Below, in pieces: positions 13,315 to 27,380 of a stretch of 64,000 bases of DNA. Origin of the DNA: Batkoa obscura (lineage: Eukaryota); the NCBI GenBank assembly GCA_030770535.1, contig JASVEC010000018.1, positions 682,001 through 746,000 on the forward strand, written 5' to 3'. Each line of letters opens with the position of its first letter. Positions within the stretch are counted from its first letter, which is position 1. Below the pieces are notes generated by a model, which was given only the letters and a program-made list of their open reading frames with translations, was not told where the DNA came from and did no database searches. Both the position numbers and the translations under genes were made by a program.

Positions 13315-13714
13315 CGATATTAAATTGGGTTTATGATAAATTTATACTATTTTTATATGAAATAATGCTTTTTTTATTTTTTAGTTGAAATTTTATTTCA
13401 GTTACAGATATTACTTAAAAGTAGTAAATACTGTTTCTTGATATAGAGATATTTTCAATGTAAAGTTAATATGAAGTTAAAGGAATTAATTGTAGTCATA
13501 TAGATCATTTGATTATTTTGTATCACAACTGCTACGGCATTAGGATTTTCAATGCTAATTTTTGATTTTTACACTTAGATTCTATTCTAAAGCTTCAAGC
13601 CAATAAGACCCTTATATACTAAAAATGTAATATACTATCAAAGTTAAGCCTGAAAATTAAAATCATGGTTTTTAAATAAACTCAAAAATAGAAAAGTAGA
13701 AAAATAGACTCCCA

Positions 13715-14956
13715 ATGAAACTAACTCAACTGTTAAAGAAGTTCGATTTCCCACGTATGCTAACATCAACGGAGTTAAAAAAATATTCCAAGATCCAATC
13801 TTTTGGTAAAAAGAAACGACGCTATTTTATTGACGAAGAAGAGGCTAGTAGAGTGACTGAAGTGATAGGAAAAGATAAAATAAAAGACAAAATAATATTA
13901 GAGTTTTTACCAGGCCCTGGTTTAATGACAAGGCAGTTTTTGAACCATGGATGTAAAAGTTTAATACCGTTAGAACCATCGTCTAGTTTTATTGAAATTT
14001 ATGAAGAACTAGAGAAAGTGGCAAATATACCTGTATTGCACGAACATTTTAATTTGAGAACAAGTTCTAAGTTGTATAATTTATTGTATGATGTTTCAAA
14101 GAGTAACAGGAATAAAATTATTATTGATAATGTACCTTTTGAAAATGGTAAAACTTTAAGTTTAATATTATTATTACAAATAAGTCTAATTTTATATTCG
14201 TAATTTTAATTAGTTCACCCCGATCTATTATTTTTTGGAATCATGTCAGGGATTTCAGAAAGTTTTCAATTTTACTATTTTATCACTCACTTTTTGGAAT
14301 CAAGAGAAGGCTTCTTCTCGTATGGTAGGTTCCCTCTATACACCCTATGCGCCCCCGAAGTTATTAAGGTATTATCATTAAATATATTTAGTAGAAATAA
14401 ATGACATAATTTTAGTCTTATAATCAAACCTCACTGCTAGGGTTTGCATTGAAAGCGATGGGTCAAATGGAGTATCAGTTTTCTTTAAATAAAGACTCTT
14501 TTATTCCTAAGGTAACCTTTGTTTTATAGTTTTGAGTTTTTGACATTTCTTTTTTTATAAAGAATGGTTTTGATTTAGTTAAATTTATTCCTTCACCAAC
14601 GCCAAATATAAAAAGTAAGTCAACTAATCCTTTTTTTATCATATTAAATCTATTTTTAGGTCCCTTTTCTACCTTCTTTTATGTCACCACTTGTTTAATG
14701 CATAGAAAAAGTCAGTTGATTGCTAATTGTTTAGAGTAAGCATAGTATAAATAATTATAGGGATAGTACAATATAAACTTTTCTTAGATCTATTGCACCA
14801 GGTGTTAGTATGATGAAAAAAAACTTGACCTTTGATACTAAGAAAAAGTGCATAGCCTTAACTATGGAAGAATTGGATCAAATTACTTTAGAATACATAA
14901 AATATTATAGAATGAGGCATGGGGTTGATCCTACCCATGATTCTATTACTGGGTAA
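13715..14956 (+). CDS. Mitochondrial transcription factor Mtf1-like / KsgA-Dim1 methyltransferase-fold protein (several introns)
   Basis: IILEFLPGPGLMTRQFL..LIPLEP SAM-binding-like motif, FFSYGRFPLY, F.PK..DLVKFIP, LRSIAPG; basic N-terminus. Confidence 0.72.
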
Positions 14957-15044
14957 TAAAAGTATTTAAAAAATATTATAATAAAATAAAATATTAAATT
15001 GATAAAGCATTATTCAATATTTATTATCGTAATGTAAGTATAAA

Positions 15045-18000
15045 TTACAATTCCGAATCATCTATCATATCTGAATCATATCTATCATTTTCTTCATAAT
15101 CTTCATAATTTTCTTCAAATCCTATAGTATCTACATTGTTTACTTCTTCTGTAGATCCTTGATCGCTATCATTTTCATTAGAGGTAGAAATAGTTCTCTT
15201 TCTTCTTTTTTTCTTTTTATTAATAGTTTCATTAGTTGACGGAGAAGTTATTTTTTCATTGTTATCGCTCAATAATACTATAGATGGGGTTTCATGGTTG
15301 CTGTTGCTAACACTCTCTACATCATTTTCTTCGTTTTCACTATCATCATTATTTTCATTTGATACTACTTCCTCCTATAATATCATTTAGGTATATCCTA
15401 ACATATTGTAACTAACTTACTTTTAAATTTATTTCTGAAGATGGGGATCTTAAGAATATATCCCTATTAATTCTATAATCTCTAATTACTGTTCTTTTAA
15501 ATTTTTGCATAATATCCAGCTATATCAAAAACTGAGTGAGTACTTTATTAAATCTAAATCATATTACCTTAAATATTTTTGCTATTTGAATCATACTATT
15601 TTCAAAGTTTTCAATGTTAAGCACCAAGCTGGATACAATTCGGATTTCCTTGCTATTACTTGCTTTTTTAAATTTGCCCCTAGGTAATTTCGCAGCAGAT
15701 TTAGGTTTTCTTTTCTTAGTAGCGTTTGCTTTATCCAGAGAAAGCAAATGTGTAAGGAAGGTTGACACTTTATTATATAGGGTTTCACCTATCCTTTCAC
15801 ATAACTTAATAAGCATATCTTTATTATATACCAATTTGGCAGCGATTTTCTATAAATTTAAATCAATATTAGAGATCAAATTTTAAAAAAACACTTACGA
15901 ATTTAATAAAACTATTCATAAATTTGAAAAACTTGCTTAAACATCCTAATACCTCTTCAGTGGAACTAGCGCTAAAATGGGTCTCTGCTAATAGTTTAAA
16001 GGCACTTACAAACACACTTAGTTTGGCACATATAGCTTTTTCAACTTGAATCGAACTTTTTTCATTTTGAATCAAGAAAAATATTTCTTAAACAATATTA
16101 ATAATGTTCAGCTTTAAAAATACTAACTACCTTTATCTAAACTATTCTGCAAGTGAATAAACTGAATATAAAATGCAAAGTTGTCTAATTCAGCATTAAT
16201 GTGTAACAGCATAGTATTTAAGCAAGGAGGAAGATTCAGGTTAATATTCAGTTGGAAGCCCAAACAGCAATAACTATTTTCTTCATCATCGGATTCATAT
16301 TCCTCTCCTTCAATTCGAATTTTGCTTAGAATATTTCTAAAGCAATCTGCAAGTTGAGGTAAGATAGTAAAATCAGAATCGAAATAGCCCAAATTCAGTT
16401 TAAATTTCAAGATTTCTTTGGACATTGATATATCAGTAGCAGTTGAATTTTTGAACGTCTCAGTAAAGATGTCTTTTATCTTTTTTACATACAATTCAAT
16501 AAGCTCTTCTTTTAAGCTATATTGATGTTTTTTATCCAGTAATATTTTAAGTAATTTATTCACAATATTAAGTTGACACGTTGCCAGTTTTTTATCTGAA
16601 TATTTAACATGACTCTAAAAAATATTAAAATGGTTTGGTTTAGATAAAATATTGTTACTATTAAGTCCCCGATAAATGGGAAAATAACTTCTTCTATTTC
16701 GAATGAATCATCTATATTTACATAATTAAACACTGTATTTAGTATCACTTTAAAATTCTCTTGGAACTTATAATCATAATCATAAAATATGACTAAAGAT
16801 TTTAGCATTGACTCATAACCAAGTCGATGACATTCTTCATCCTAACTTAATTAGCATTTTATATAAAAAATAGAACACTGCTTACCAATATTGAAGTATC
16901 TTTTGTATCTGAAATAAATACAGTGACTAAAAGAGCAAATATCTGTAATGGATTTTGTTCACTGTCGATCTCCTCTCTAAAGTTTTTTGTAATCTATTAT
17001 TTTTAGTACTGTCAAATAAACTTAACAATAGTTTACTTTATCCAAATGTCTATTGAATATTTCTAAAACATAATGTATTATTTTAGTTTCTGATAAAGGT
17101 GATCCATTTTCATCACCATCAGAATATGGAGTTGCGGCTAACTCAAACAATCTAGTGGCACTGTCTATAGATAGATAGGTTGTTTCAGTTTCTTTTTTAG
17201 CTATTATCTTCCCTTTTTCTTGCTTATTGCTATTTTTGGTATTCTCTGAAAAGCTTAGGAATTTTTTAATGAGCAATGAGATACTATCCAATCCACTTTC
17301 TTCTTCATATCTTAGTTTGTAATCAACAATATTCTTAATTGTTAGTTTGATAGCAGTTCAAATAGCTATAGTTACCTCAAATATGCCCAAAATGAGAGAA
17401 AGCTGCAAATAATTGAAACGACCTTCTGTTGTTGCTAAACTGAATAAGGCCTCTTTATCAAACCCAAGAGTAGCTAATGTCGATTCTTTAAGTAGTAAAT
17501 CTAGGTCCTCAAATATTTGTTTTGATTTTTGCATATACGAATAATCTATTTGATATTTAGTAAATATATTAATAAAGCATTAATAAATATAAAGTTAGCA
17601 TACTTTGATGGTTTGCATCATTTATCATACATGATAAAATTGCTTTTAAAAGCATCGGCAAGGGTTCAATAATAGTAGATTCCTTATTGTTACTTAGTTT
17701 AATACATTGCTTAATCTTTCCAATGGTTATACTTTCTTGTTTTAGTTTAAGATGGTTGAATGCCTAATTCATAAGTTATTGGGTTATACTAAAGTAAAAC
17801 AAATTACGTGGTCAGTTAAAAACTCGCCAATGTATGGTTTAAGAACTTCACATTCTTTTGAGCATTGTATTAATCCTTCATAAAGCTCATTTTTAATAGA
17901 AGATTGCTGAGATAAGCAGCGACTTAGAATTCCTAAATCATGTTATAAAAATATGCTATTACTGTATCATACTTACCCAAAATTTCTAAACAAATTGGAT

Positions 18001-20268
18001 TTACATTCCCTTTCTCGCTATTCTCTGTCTTCATTGAAGTATCTGATGGTGCAGTTTTGAGTAGAAGTACTAATCCATATACGGACACCCTACGACTTTC
18101 TTGAGATCTTGATATATATATTAGTACAATACTTGGCTTAATATTATAGATATTACCTTGTAAAAACCCCCTTTTTAAGCACAATCATTAAACTGTCCAA
18201 AAAAGGAGGAACAACTTTGATAATTGGTATCCATGCTTTCAACAAAGGCATTGCCGTGGAAAGAGATAAAGATATTATAATTGGTATTAAATCTTTAACT
18301 TTTGATGAAAGTATTGGCAATTGATGCAAACTTGACTTTATAATTAAACTAAATAGTTTGATATACTGTTGAATTGAATCAGAATTAGACAGTATTCTAG
18401 TGATTATCTTTTCGAATATAGTGGGTTGGAATAGCTCAATATTCTAAGTAAAGAATAATTATATAATAGTAATTATATGAAGATAGGTTTACCGTATAAA
18501 TTTTCAAAAGGATGAATTTAGCTAAAGAATGTGATTGATCTAAAGAAGACATATAGCCATTTTGTGGTGGTATTTTCTGAGTTTCTTTTAAAGATTAGAT
18601 GACTTTTAATTTGCATATTATTTACCTATAACTTGACCAAATGCTTTTGGTACAGTATCTAGAATAAAGATAAAGAATTCAACTAAACCATGATTCACTT
18701 GATCCCACCCATTTTTAGATTTAAATAGTAAAATATTAAATAGCTCCGAAATTGATGAGAAATTATAGCAACGTTTCATTTCTAATAAATCATTACCATG
18801 ATAAACAAAAATTATTAAACAGTAATTGTTTACCTTTCAATTGGTCTATTTTTTGTAAATCATCAAAATAGCTAAGCAGACATGTTTTAAGGTAGCTAAA
18901 AATCTAAATTTTAATAACAGCCAATAGACAGTGTAATACTTACTTCATCTTCAAATCGTTGAATTGTTGATAATGATAATAATATGGAAAGCGTAAACGG
19001 CGATAAATATAAAGTTTTACCAAGCTTTAAAAATTTAATTAAGAATAACCCAAGGTTCTAAACAATAAGTAAATTTATTTGACAGTAACAAATAACAAAC
19101 CTGGTCTTGTTTGACTGCCATAAGTAGATGTAATAAAATAGTCCCTTCAACTGAATTTTTGTAAGTAAAACTATCATTCTCAATAAATTGATTCTTATCA
19201 TCTTTTTCTGGCATGTTATAGTTGTTAAAATAACAAATAATTTGGGATATTATTTGATTTTTTAAACCCTGTTCGCTTTACAATTACAAGATAAAATAAA
19301 ATAACTACGAATGTTACCTTTTTGCTCAATAAAAGTAATTGATAAACAAAAGGAGGTATCTCATCAATTTCAATTTCATACCAAATACTTTAAAATTATT
19401 AAAAAATAGGTCATTTTAAAAAACCATTACCTTGCAGTTTTAGCTACAATTAATTTTAAATTATCTTGACTTAAGAAGATTTCATTAAATGAATTAATAA
19501 TCAATGAAGCCTTGGAAGACGGCCATTTAGTAGTGGTACAAAAATCCTTAATAATATTGTTAAGGTATTCATCTGATTTTGAAGGATTATCAATAAGCCT
19601 ATCGTTGCCTTCTTTACTGTTTTGAATTGATTTTAAAAATTGAGAAAATATCGAAAATATTTTTGTATTGATGTTGTTTTCTTTATCCAAATCTTCCAAT
19701 AATTTATCAAAGAAATAAGTTAGTGCATCAAGACAAAATAATTCCATCTAAAATATTAGTATAAATTCAACTAACTTATAAATAATATACTTCAATGCAC
19801 AACAATATTTCTGAGGAAATTGTGTCATATATCGATGAGCTTTCGTTTTCATTTTTGTTTAGCCTAATGTTTAAGCCAAATGTGTTTATTTCAATCAATA
19901 AATTTACCATTTAACAAATATATCTAAAATAAATATGTGAACCTTTGTTCTTAAATCATCTTCTATTTTGTTATCTAAAATCAGACTAAGTTTAATATCG
20001 TTCATTTTTATTACTTATTTACCACTCATTGTTAATTTTAAGAAGCTAAATAGGTCAGCTATATCTTGTTGAGAAAACAAAGCCAATTCATTATTCAAAG
20101 TATTTTTTGTGAAAATACAAACCTAATCAAAATTTACATTTAAGATAAATATAAATTGATATCATTTACCTCATCATATCTTTGGTTCCATATTGATTGT
20201 ATTTCTTCCAAGTCTCTATTTCTTCCTATCGTCAATATTTCTTCTGTTGTTATTGGGTTTTCATTCAT
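15045..20268 (-). CDS. FANCI: Fanconi anemia group I protein; many introns
   Basis: Helical-repeat protein with EIPPFVYQLLLL, VEGTILLHLLMAVKQDQ, LSPFTLSILLSL, WDQVNHGLVEF, SRRVSVYGLVLLLK, CLEILG, and C-terminal LVLNIENFE...MQKFKRTVIRDYRI, matching FANCI LIFAIEQYE...MQHMKLSTSRDFKI; acidic/basic tail. Confidence 0.85.
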
Positions 20269-21062
20269 TTTAAATAAAAAGCTGGTATAAATTCGATTTT
20301 TTTGCTCACAGTTTATTTAATACTTAAGCCAATCATTTGCTAAATGTTTAAGTCTATTTAATTCTTTATTACTTAATATAGCTAATTACTAAGAAATTGC
20401 TACATCAAGTAACATTTGAAATACTGGTAGAAATGCATTCAAGTGAAGCACTTTAATATATCATTTAAGTTGTTTAAATTACTTGAATTATCATAAATTT
20501 TTTACTTTAAACTATTTAATACAAGCCTACTTAACATTTATGCATTTTTAAAGAAAACATTCATTCTTACCGAAGTATTCTTAATCATCTATAAAACGAT
20601 TACATTTTTCATTTATAGTTTATTTACTGCCAAGGTTTTCATTGAAACCTAATTAACTTTTTGAAAGATGTAATCAACTTTTTATAATATACAGAAAAGA
20701 ACTTAAATTTTCGAAATTAAAACTCATTGTTTTAAATTAAAATACTCAAAAGAAATCCTCTAAATTATATCAAATCAGTATATTTAGTAATACAAACTAT
20801 GGACTTAAATATATTACAACTAAAAACCTCATATTGCTTATAAAAGTCCAATGTTATTGAAAGTGAAAAATGTTAACAGTGATTTTTTTAAGACATTGCC
20901 TATTGATAAAAAGTTAAATCTTTCTAAAAAGTATAGTAAGTTTTCAAATGAAAATGCCTATAATGTTTTTTAGCCAAGTTGGGAAAATGAAATTTATACA
21001 AAACAATTAAAATTGATGACAGGTGCTTTGTAAAAATTTGCTTTTTATATAATTAATAAAAA

Positions 21063-22261
21063 ATGTCAAATAAAAAAGTTATTGAACTTAATGCAGGAAC
21101 AGTAAGTAATTTATACGTACTAAAAAAGCCGTTTTAAGAAGATTTAGATACTTGACTTGAAAGCCGAATTAGCTAGGCGTGAAGAAGAGGCTAAAAAAGA
21201 GCATGAAGTTTTTAAAATTACAGGAGTAAAGCCAGCCAAAAAAGGACTGGTAATTTAAAATTAAAAAATATTTTGATTAATTAAATAGTTTTAAAGAAAA
21301 AAGATGTGTTTGACAAGTCTAACGTTGGTATTGAAAAAAGAAAAGCTATGGATGCTGTTAATAAAGACCCAAGATCGTTGGAAGACTTGGAACGTTTAGA
21401 ATTGTCAAAAAGAACACTTGAAAAAAAAGCAAAGATTTATGAAAAGCTTTTAGAAGGTAATCAACTCTTTGTAATATTAAAAATAATTTAACTTTATTAG
21501 AAGGAAAAGAGTTCAATGAAATGGATGACAATATGTTAATTGATTTTGAAAAGAAGGCTTGGGAACAGGAAGGAAAAACAGTAATTAACGATCTCTAGAA
21601 GATTTCCTGAGATTAACTTTTTATAGGATAATAAGAAACAAGATGAAGATTCTGAAGCTTGGGTCGAATATATTGATGAGTTTGGAAGAACGAGAGTTGG
21701 CAGAAGAGAAGAAGTTGAATCTCTGAAGCCAAGAAATGATGGGCCTGAGCTATTATCTAAAGATATGGAAAGGGAGTTAGAAAGACAGAGATGGGAAAAG
21801 GAGATGGAAGAAGAAAATGCAAATGGTATATTGTTAAATGTTTTTATCGATATAGGTTTTAATTTATTTAGAATATACACATTTTGATAGGGACAAAGGT
21901 AATGATTAAATAGTTTACTTGGTTTGATCTAATAATCATAGAGTTAAGAAATTTGGGAGTTGGGTTTTATAAATTTTCAAAAGATGAAGATGAGAGAGCT
22001 GAGCAAATTAAAGAATTAACTAAATTAAGAAAAGAGGTAATATAATAAATACTTAAGTAAACATTTGTTTATTTAATTTAGACTGAGCTGAAAAGATCTT
22101 TACACACTTCTATACAAAACATAAAGAAAAGTAAGATTGAAGAAAGAATTAATAAAGTTGCAAAGTTAAGGGAGAAGCGACTAAATGGAATTCAAGAAGA
22201 TATTAGAAGCGGTAGAGCTTTAACTGAAGACAAAATAGCTGCCTTTTTGAAGAAAATATGA
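21063..22261 (+). CDS. CCDC174: CCDC174/DUF4078-family coiled-coil protein (several introns)
   Basis: LDLKAELARREEE, LEKKAKIYEKL, WVEYIDEFGRTR, HFDRDKE.RNLGVGFYKFSKDEDERAEQIKEL. Confidence 0.85.
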
Positions 22262-22716
22262 GTTAGCAGCATTTGCCACTAGTTTGTTATTTTTATGTTC
22301 ATTACAGCTATTTATTAAACAAGTTCATATTTCAAACTTTAGACTTATTTTAATATAAATAAAAAACTACTCAAATAAATTTTTATTAAGATTTGTTTGA
22401 CTTTTATTTGAACTCTATATTTGAAGCATTATTTCTAAATATTTAATAGAAATAAGCAATATAGTTATATTATTATTTAAATTTCCACATATATATACAG
22501 TTCAAATAATCCAATTAAAGTATTAAACTTGGTGCTTTGACTTGCAATCTGAGAATAAAATTCCTATTAGATAATTTTTGTAGTTGATGCTTTTGTTTAT
22601 ATTTACTGGCGTAATTGACCTAAAAAAACCCATTTATATAAGCATTAAACATTCTAATCAAAATCTAGATTAAAAATAATTTATTTACTAATTGCTATTT
22701 TAATAAAAAACAAAAA

Positions 22717-23149
22717 TTAAGCTCTAGGTTCAGTATCAATTTTATCGGCGACTTTAATGATACCATGTCTAATAACTCTGGGATCTACTTTTAATTTGTT
22801 ACCAAGATCAACCAAAGCGTTTGGATTAGCATGAAAATTTAACAAATAATATCTATACAAAAGTAAATTCTATCAATATTTACCTTTCTTCTTATATATT
22901 TTAAATTACCTCCCAGCATGAAAATATTCTTGATGACGCTTCATAGGATATGGTAAAGTTTTTTGATGTAAATCTTTAATTTCAGTGACTACTCCTTTGT
23001 GGTTCCATATTGTTTGTACACTTCTTTTCATTAAATCCTTGATATTATTCTAAATCATTTTGTTAACTCATTGTAATACACATTATCATTAATTATCTTA
23101 CTGGATTTAATTTTGGTCGTACTATTAATGATAATTCATATAATGGCAT
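22717..23149 (-). CDS. MRP17: Mitochondrial ribosomal protein bS6m (2 introns)
   Basis: Spliced MPLYELSLIVRP...GVVTEIKDLHQKTLPYPMKRHQEYFHAG.YYLLNFHANP...LKVDPRVIRHGIIK. Not in the ORF track. Confidence 0.9.
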
Positions 23150-23493
23150 TTTGATTCTATATTTTTTTAAAATAAATTTTGTTCATTATTTAGATTATTA
23201 TTTTAAGTAAATTCATTTTGGCCCAATTAATTTATGGGATTAATTTAGTTTATTACATTGCTCTAGTATAGTAAATATGATATTTTAAAATAAAACTAAT
23301 ATAATATAGTATATAAAATATGCTTAAATACAGTTAAACTAATATTCAAATTGAATTTATTATGATTTTTTAATCTAAAAATAGGAAAGCATGAAATGAG
23401 ATATCTTAATTTTAAGTTTGATTTTTAATAAAAATATCTAATCCAACTAGACAATACTACGATAAAGGAAACAAAAGTACTACTATATTAAAT

Positions 23494-25719
23494 TTAAGCA
23501 AAAGCTGCTTGAGGTTCATCTAGTGTTTCGCCTTTTGTGAATGCGGTGGAGCACTTAGCCATAGTAGGAGATGATCTAGCAATTGGATTAGTAAGATAGA
23601 AGTCACCTAATGGATTTAATAAAGCTCCAGAAGCTTTAGAATCTTTGGAAATTAATTGGCTTAATCCTAATAATGGTGAGATGCTTGTTGATTCAATTTC
23701 ATCATAACAGACTAAGGTTGGGGATACATCACTCATACGATCACGTAAAGCAACGATATCATCATAGGGTAATGTAGCTCCTGCAACTTCAGATAATGCA
23801 CGAATAATCTTCCAATCTTCACGGGAAGCTCCTGGAGGTGGAACTGCAGATCTTGTTTGTTGAGATCTTCCTTCAGTATTGACGTAAGTAGCATTCTTTT
23901 CAGTGTAGGCAGAGCCTGGTAAAATAACATCAGCATATTGTGCACCAACATCACCATGGTGACCTTGATAGACTACAAAGGCGCCCTTTGGAACATCTTT
24001 AGTGGTGATATTATCAGCATTTAATAAGTAAACAAGAGATGGCTCAGTTTGGTTAGCTGGGTTAGAAGAGTAACCTATATCAAGAGCAGCAGTGCGACTA
24101 GCATCACGTTGAAGTAAATTGTATCCATTCCATCCTTCTTGAATGAACTTGGATTGATATTTTTCAACTAGTTTGGCTATTTCTGAGAAAGTGGAAGCAG
24201 CATTATCAGATTCAGCAACTCCTGAACCAACAATAATCATAGGTTTCTTTGCTTCTGCTAAACGTTTGGCGAATTCACCCTTTCCTGATATAAGTTCAGA
24301 AATAGTGCTTGCATCACTTCCTAAATAACTGTAATCGCATGTAAGTTTAACTTCTTCTCCAATTAATGCTACGTCAAGCTGTCCGTTAATATATGATTTA
24401 CGAATTTTAGAGTTGATAATTGGTGCTTCATGACGTGGATTAGTACCAACAAGTAGAACTAAGTCAGCTTCTTCAATACCAAGAATTGAAGAGTTGAAAA
24501 TATAATTGGAACGGAAATCGGTTTCATAAACTGCTTTCTTATCTCCATTGTTTCCTTCTAATGTTAAGTTTTCTGATCCGAGTTTGTTGAATAAATCTTT
24601 AAGAGCAACTAAACTTTCAGCATCTGCAAGTTGTCCTGCAATGGCTTTAATACTTTTAGGATCAACTGATTTGATCTTAGATGCAATAATCTCTAAAGCA
24701 TCAGCCCATGTTGAAGGGGTAAAACGGGAACCTTCTCTAACCAATGGTAAAGTTAAACGTTGTCTCTTAAGACCATCATAAGCAAAACGAGTTTTATCTG
24801 AAATCCATTCTTCATTGACTTCTTCATTTAAACGTGGGAGGACACGCATAACTTCAGTACCACGAGAATCAACTCTGATATTGCTGCCCACAGCGTCCAT
24901 AACATCAATACTCTCAGTCTTTTTCAATTCCCAAGGACGAGCAGTCATAGCATATGGTTTTGAGGTCAATGCACCAACGGGACAAAGATCAATAATATTA
25001 CCAGACATTTCTGAGTTCAAAGTTTTTTCAATATAAGTGCCTATTTGCATGTCATTACCACGTCCAGAAGTCCCAAGTTCAGAAACGCCGGCAACTTCGT
25101 TAGCAAAACGTACACAACGAGTACAGTGAATACAACGAGTCATGATAGTCTTAACCAAAGGACCAAAGTTTTTATTTTCTACAGCACGTTTACCTGCAGG
25201 TTCAAGATAACGAGAACGATCGGAACCATATCTCATAGATTGATCTTGTAAGTCACATTCTCCTCCCTGATCGCAAACTGGACAATCTAAAGGATGATTA
25301 GAAAGTAAAAATTCCATAACACCCTCTCTAGCTTTCTTTACAAGCGGAGTATCAGTATGAACTTTCATACCCGGCATAATTGGGAAAGCGCATGAAGCAA
25401 CTGGTTTAGGAGATTTTTCAAGTTCAACTAAACACATACGACAATTACCAGCTACACCTAAACGTTCGTGATAGCAGAATCTTGGAATGTCAACTCCAGC
25501 TTTCTCACATGCTTGAATAAGTGCTGAGCCTTCTTCAACTTTAATAGAATTTCCATTTATAAAGATCTCTACTTCTTTTTTACTACTTTTTGAGGTGGAG
25601 AATTGTCTCAAACCTTTATTTAAAGATTAAAAAAAATTCATTTACCATTAATGATAGTTACCTTTACTAATGTGATTTATATAGCGTAATGATATCGATT
25701 TTGAATTTAAACGCATCAT
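23494..25719 (-). CDS. NDUFS1: NADH:ubiquinone oxidoreductase 75 kDa Fe-S subunit; short first exon encodes the presequence
   Basis: [53 protein letters not shown]; exon 1 [13 protein letters not shown]. Confidence 0.97.
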
Positions 25720-26777
25720 GATTTGTATTGTAATTTATAAGTGGAAGCTTGACTTTGATTGCTTCAAAAGTACATACAGTTAAAAATTAAATCAATATAA
25801 TTTAGATTAAATAAATTTAATCTAATCTCTGCATCTTCATAGTCACTTGCTTTGATTGGTTACTTGATTTCGAGAAACAAATCATTTCGCATTTTTGTTT
25901 TTATGTTTTATTTGCTTCAGTTTTTTATTAGTCGATTTTTATAGTTAATTGGTTGGCTAAATTTTAAAGAATCAAATCAAAAATATAATCAATTTTGATC
26001 CATGATGAGATTATCAAAAGATTTTAGTGATTTTAACCGGCTTTTAAACTTAATATGATAAATTCTGAAGTTTAGCTAGATAAATACTATTTTATTTTAT
26101 TTTGAAATTAAATAAGGTTTAAATATTGATAATATTAAAGTACACATACAAAAAAAATGAATTTGCATCAATTTTTAACATTACAATAAGTCATTCTATG
26201 TGAAGTGATGTGGTTTTGAAATAAATTATTTTTTCTTGGTGGCTTATTTTAAAAATAATTTAATTTTAAAAAACATTTATGTGGGAAAATTCTTTTATCA
26301 TATTTTAGTGTACTTATTATAATGTAAAATAGAATAAAGTAAAATAACAGCTAATATTGAAGGATAAAAGGCACCTGCCTATATTGTTATTTCAATAAAA
26401 AACTTTAGCTAATAACTGTTAAAATCACATTTTATTTTTTATTACATTTATCTATCATAAATAGAAATAGAGTGCTACTGACTTAAACTTTGTAGATTCT
26501 TTAAAAAAAGTAGTTTAGAAACAATAAGTTAGCTATTAAATTTTTTAGTTATTTTACGATAAAAATGAATTATGATATACTTACGATTTATACAACACTT
26601 TGTAAAACAGTCATATTACAATAGTAAAAAATCAATGAGTTTAAAATTTATAAAAATTAACCTTATTCGATTATAATATAGCTTTACAAGTTAGATTTAT
26701 TTGGCATATAATATCGTGTTAAAGTTACCACTATCCTAAGTTAATAGTGTGTTGTTGTACTTTCGAATGAATAATAT

Positions 26778-26871
26778 GGGGCTATTTTTTTAATATCATT
26801 ATTTTTCCATTTTAAGCGCTATTTGAATAGAAAGATTGTAGTAAAATTCTTAAACACAAAAATACATCCCC
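26778..26871 (-). mobile_element. MITE copy, ATAT TSD
   Basis: ATAT|GGGGCTATTTTTT...ATACATCCCC|ATAT. Confidence 0.85.
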
Positions 26872-27080
26872 ATATCTATATTATAAAATAATAAAATCGT
26901 AAAGAAGATTATTTATATTATCATTTGAATTAACATATATGATTAAACACAATATTTATAGTGAATGAAATATTGAATTAGATCAATTTTAAATATTGCT
27001 ATTTTAAATATTTTGCATTTTTTTTAATAAAAAAGTGTAGCATGTAAATATCTAGATGAGGAAAGGTGTTTATAGAATAT

Positions 27081-27178
27081 GGGGATGTATTTTTGTGTTT
27101 AAGAATTTTACTACAATTTTTCCACTCAAATAGCGCTTAAAAAGTGGAAAAAATAATGAAATCAAAAAAAACACTCCC
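27081..27178 (+). mobile_element. MITE copy, ATAT TSD
   Basis: ATAT|GGGGATGTATTTTTG...AAACACTCCC|ATAT. Confidence 0.88.
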
Positions 27179-27380
27179 ATATCATGTTTGGGTATTAGCC
27201 TTTTAATATTTATTTAGCATTGGAAATGATTAAACAAAGTGATTCCTCGTATTTTTAAAAAAAAAGCATATATGAATAGTTATAAACATCCTAAAAATAC
27301 CACAAAATTATTAAAAATGCAAAATTCAGTTAATAAAAAATATTAAAAAGTGTGATACTTTATTATTTTAAAGAAAACGT

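Noticed and set aside
23733..25251. Short overlapping ORFs within NDUFS1
   Set aside because: Alternate-frame or antisense shadows of a conserved gene.
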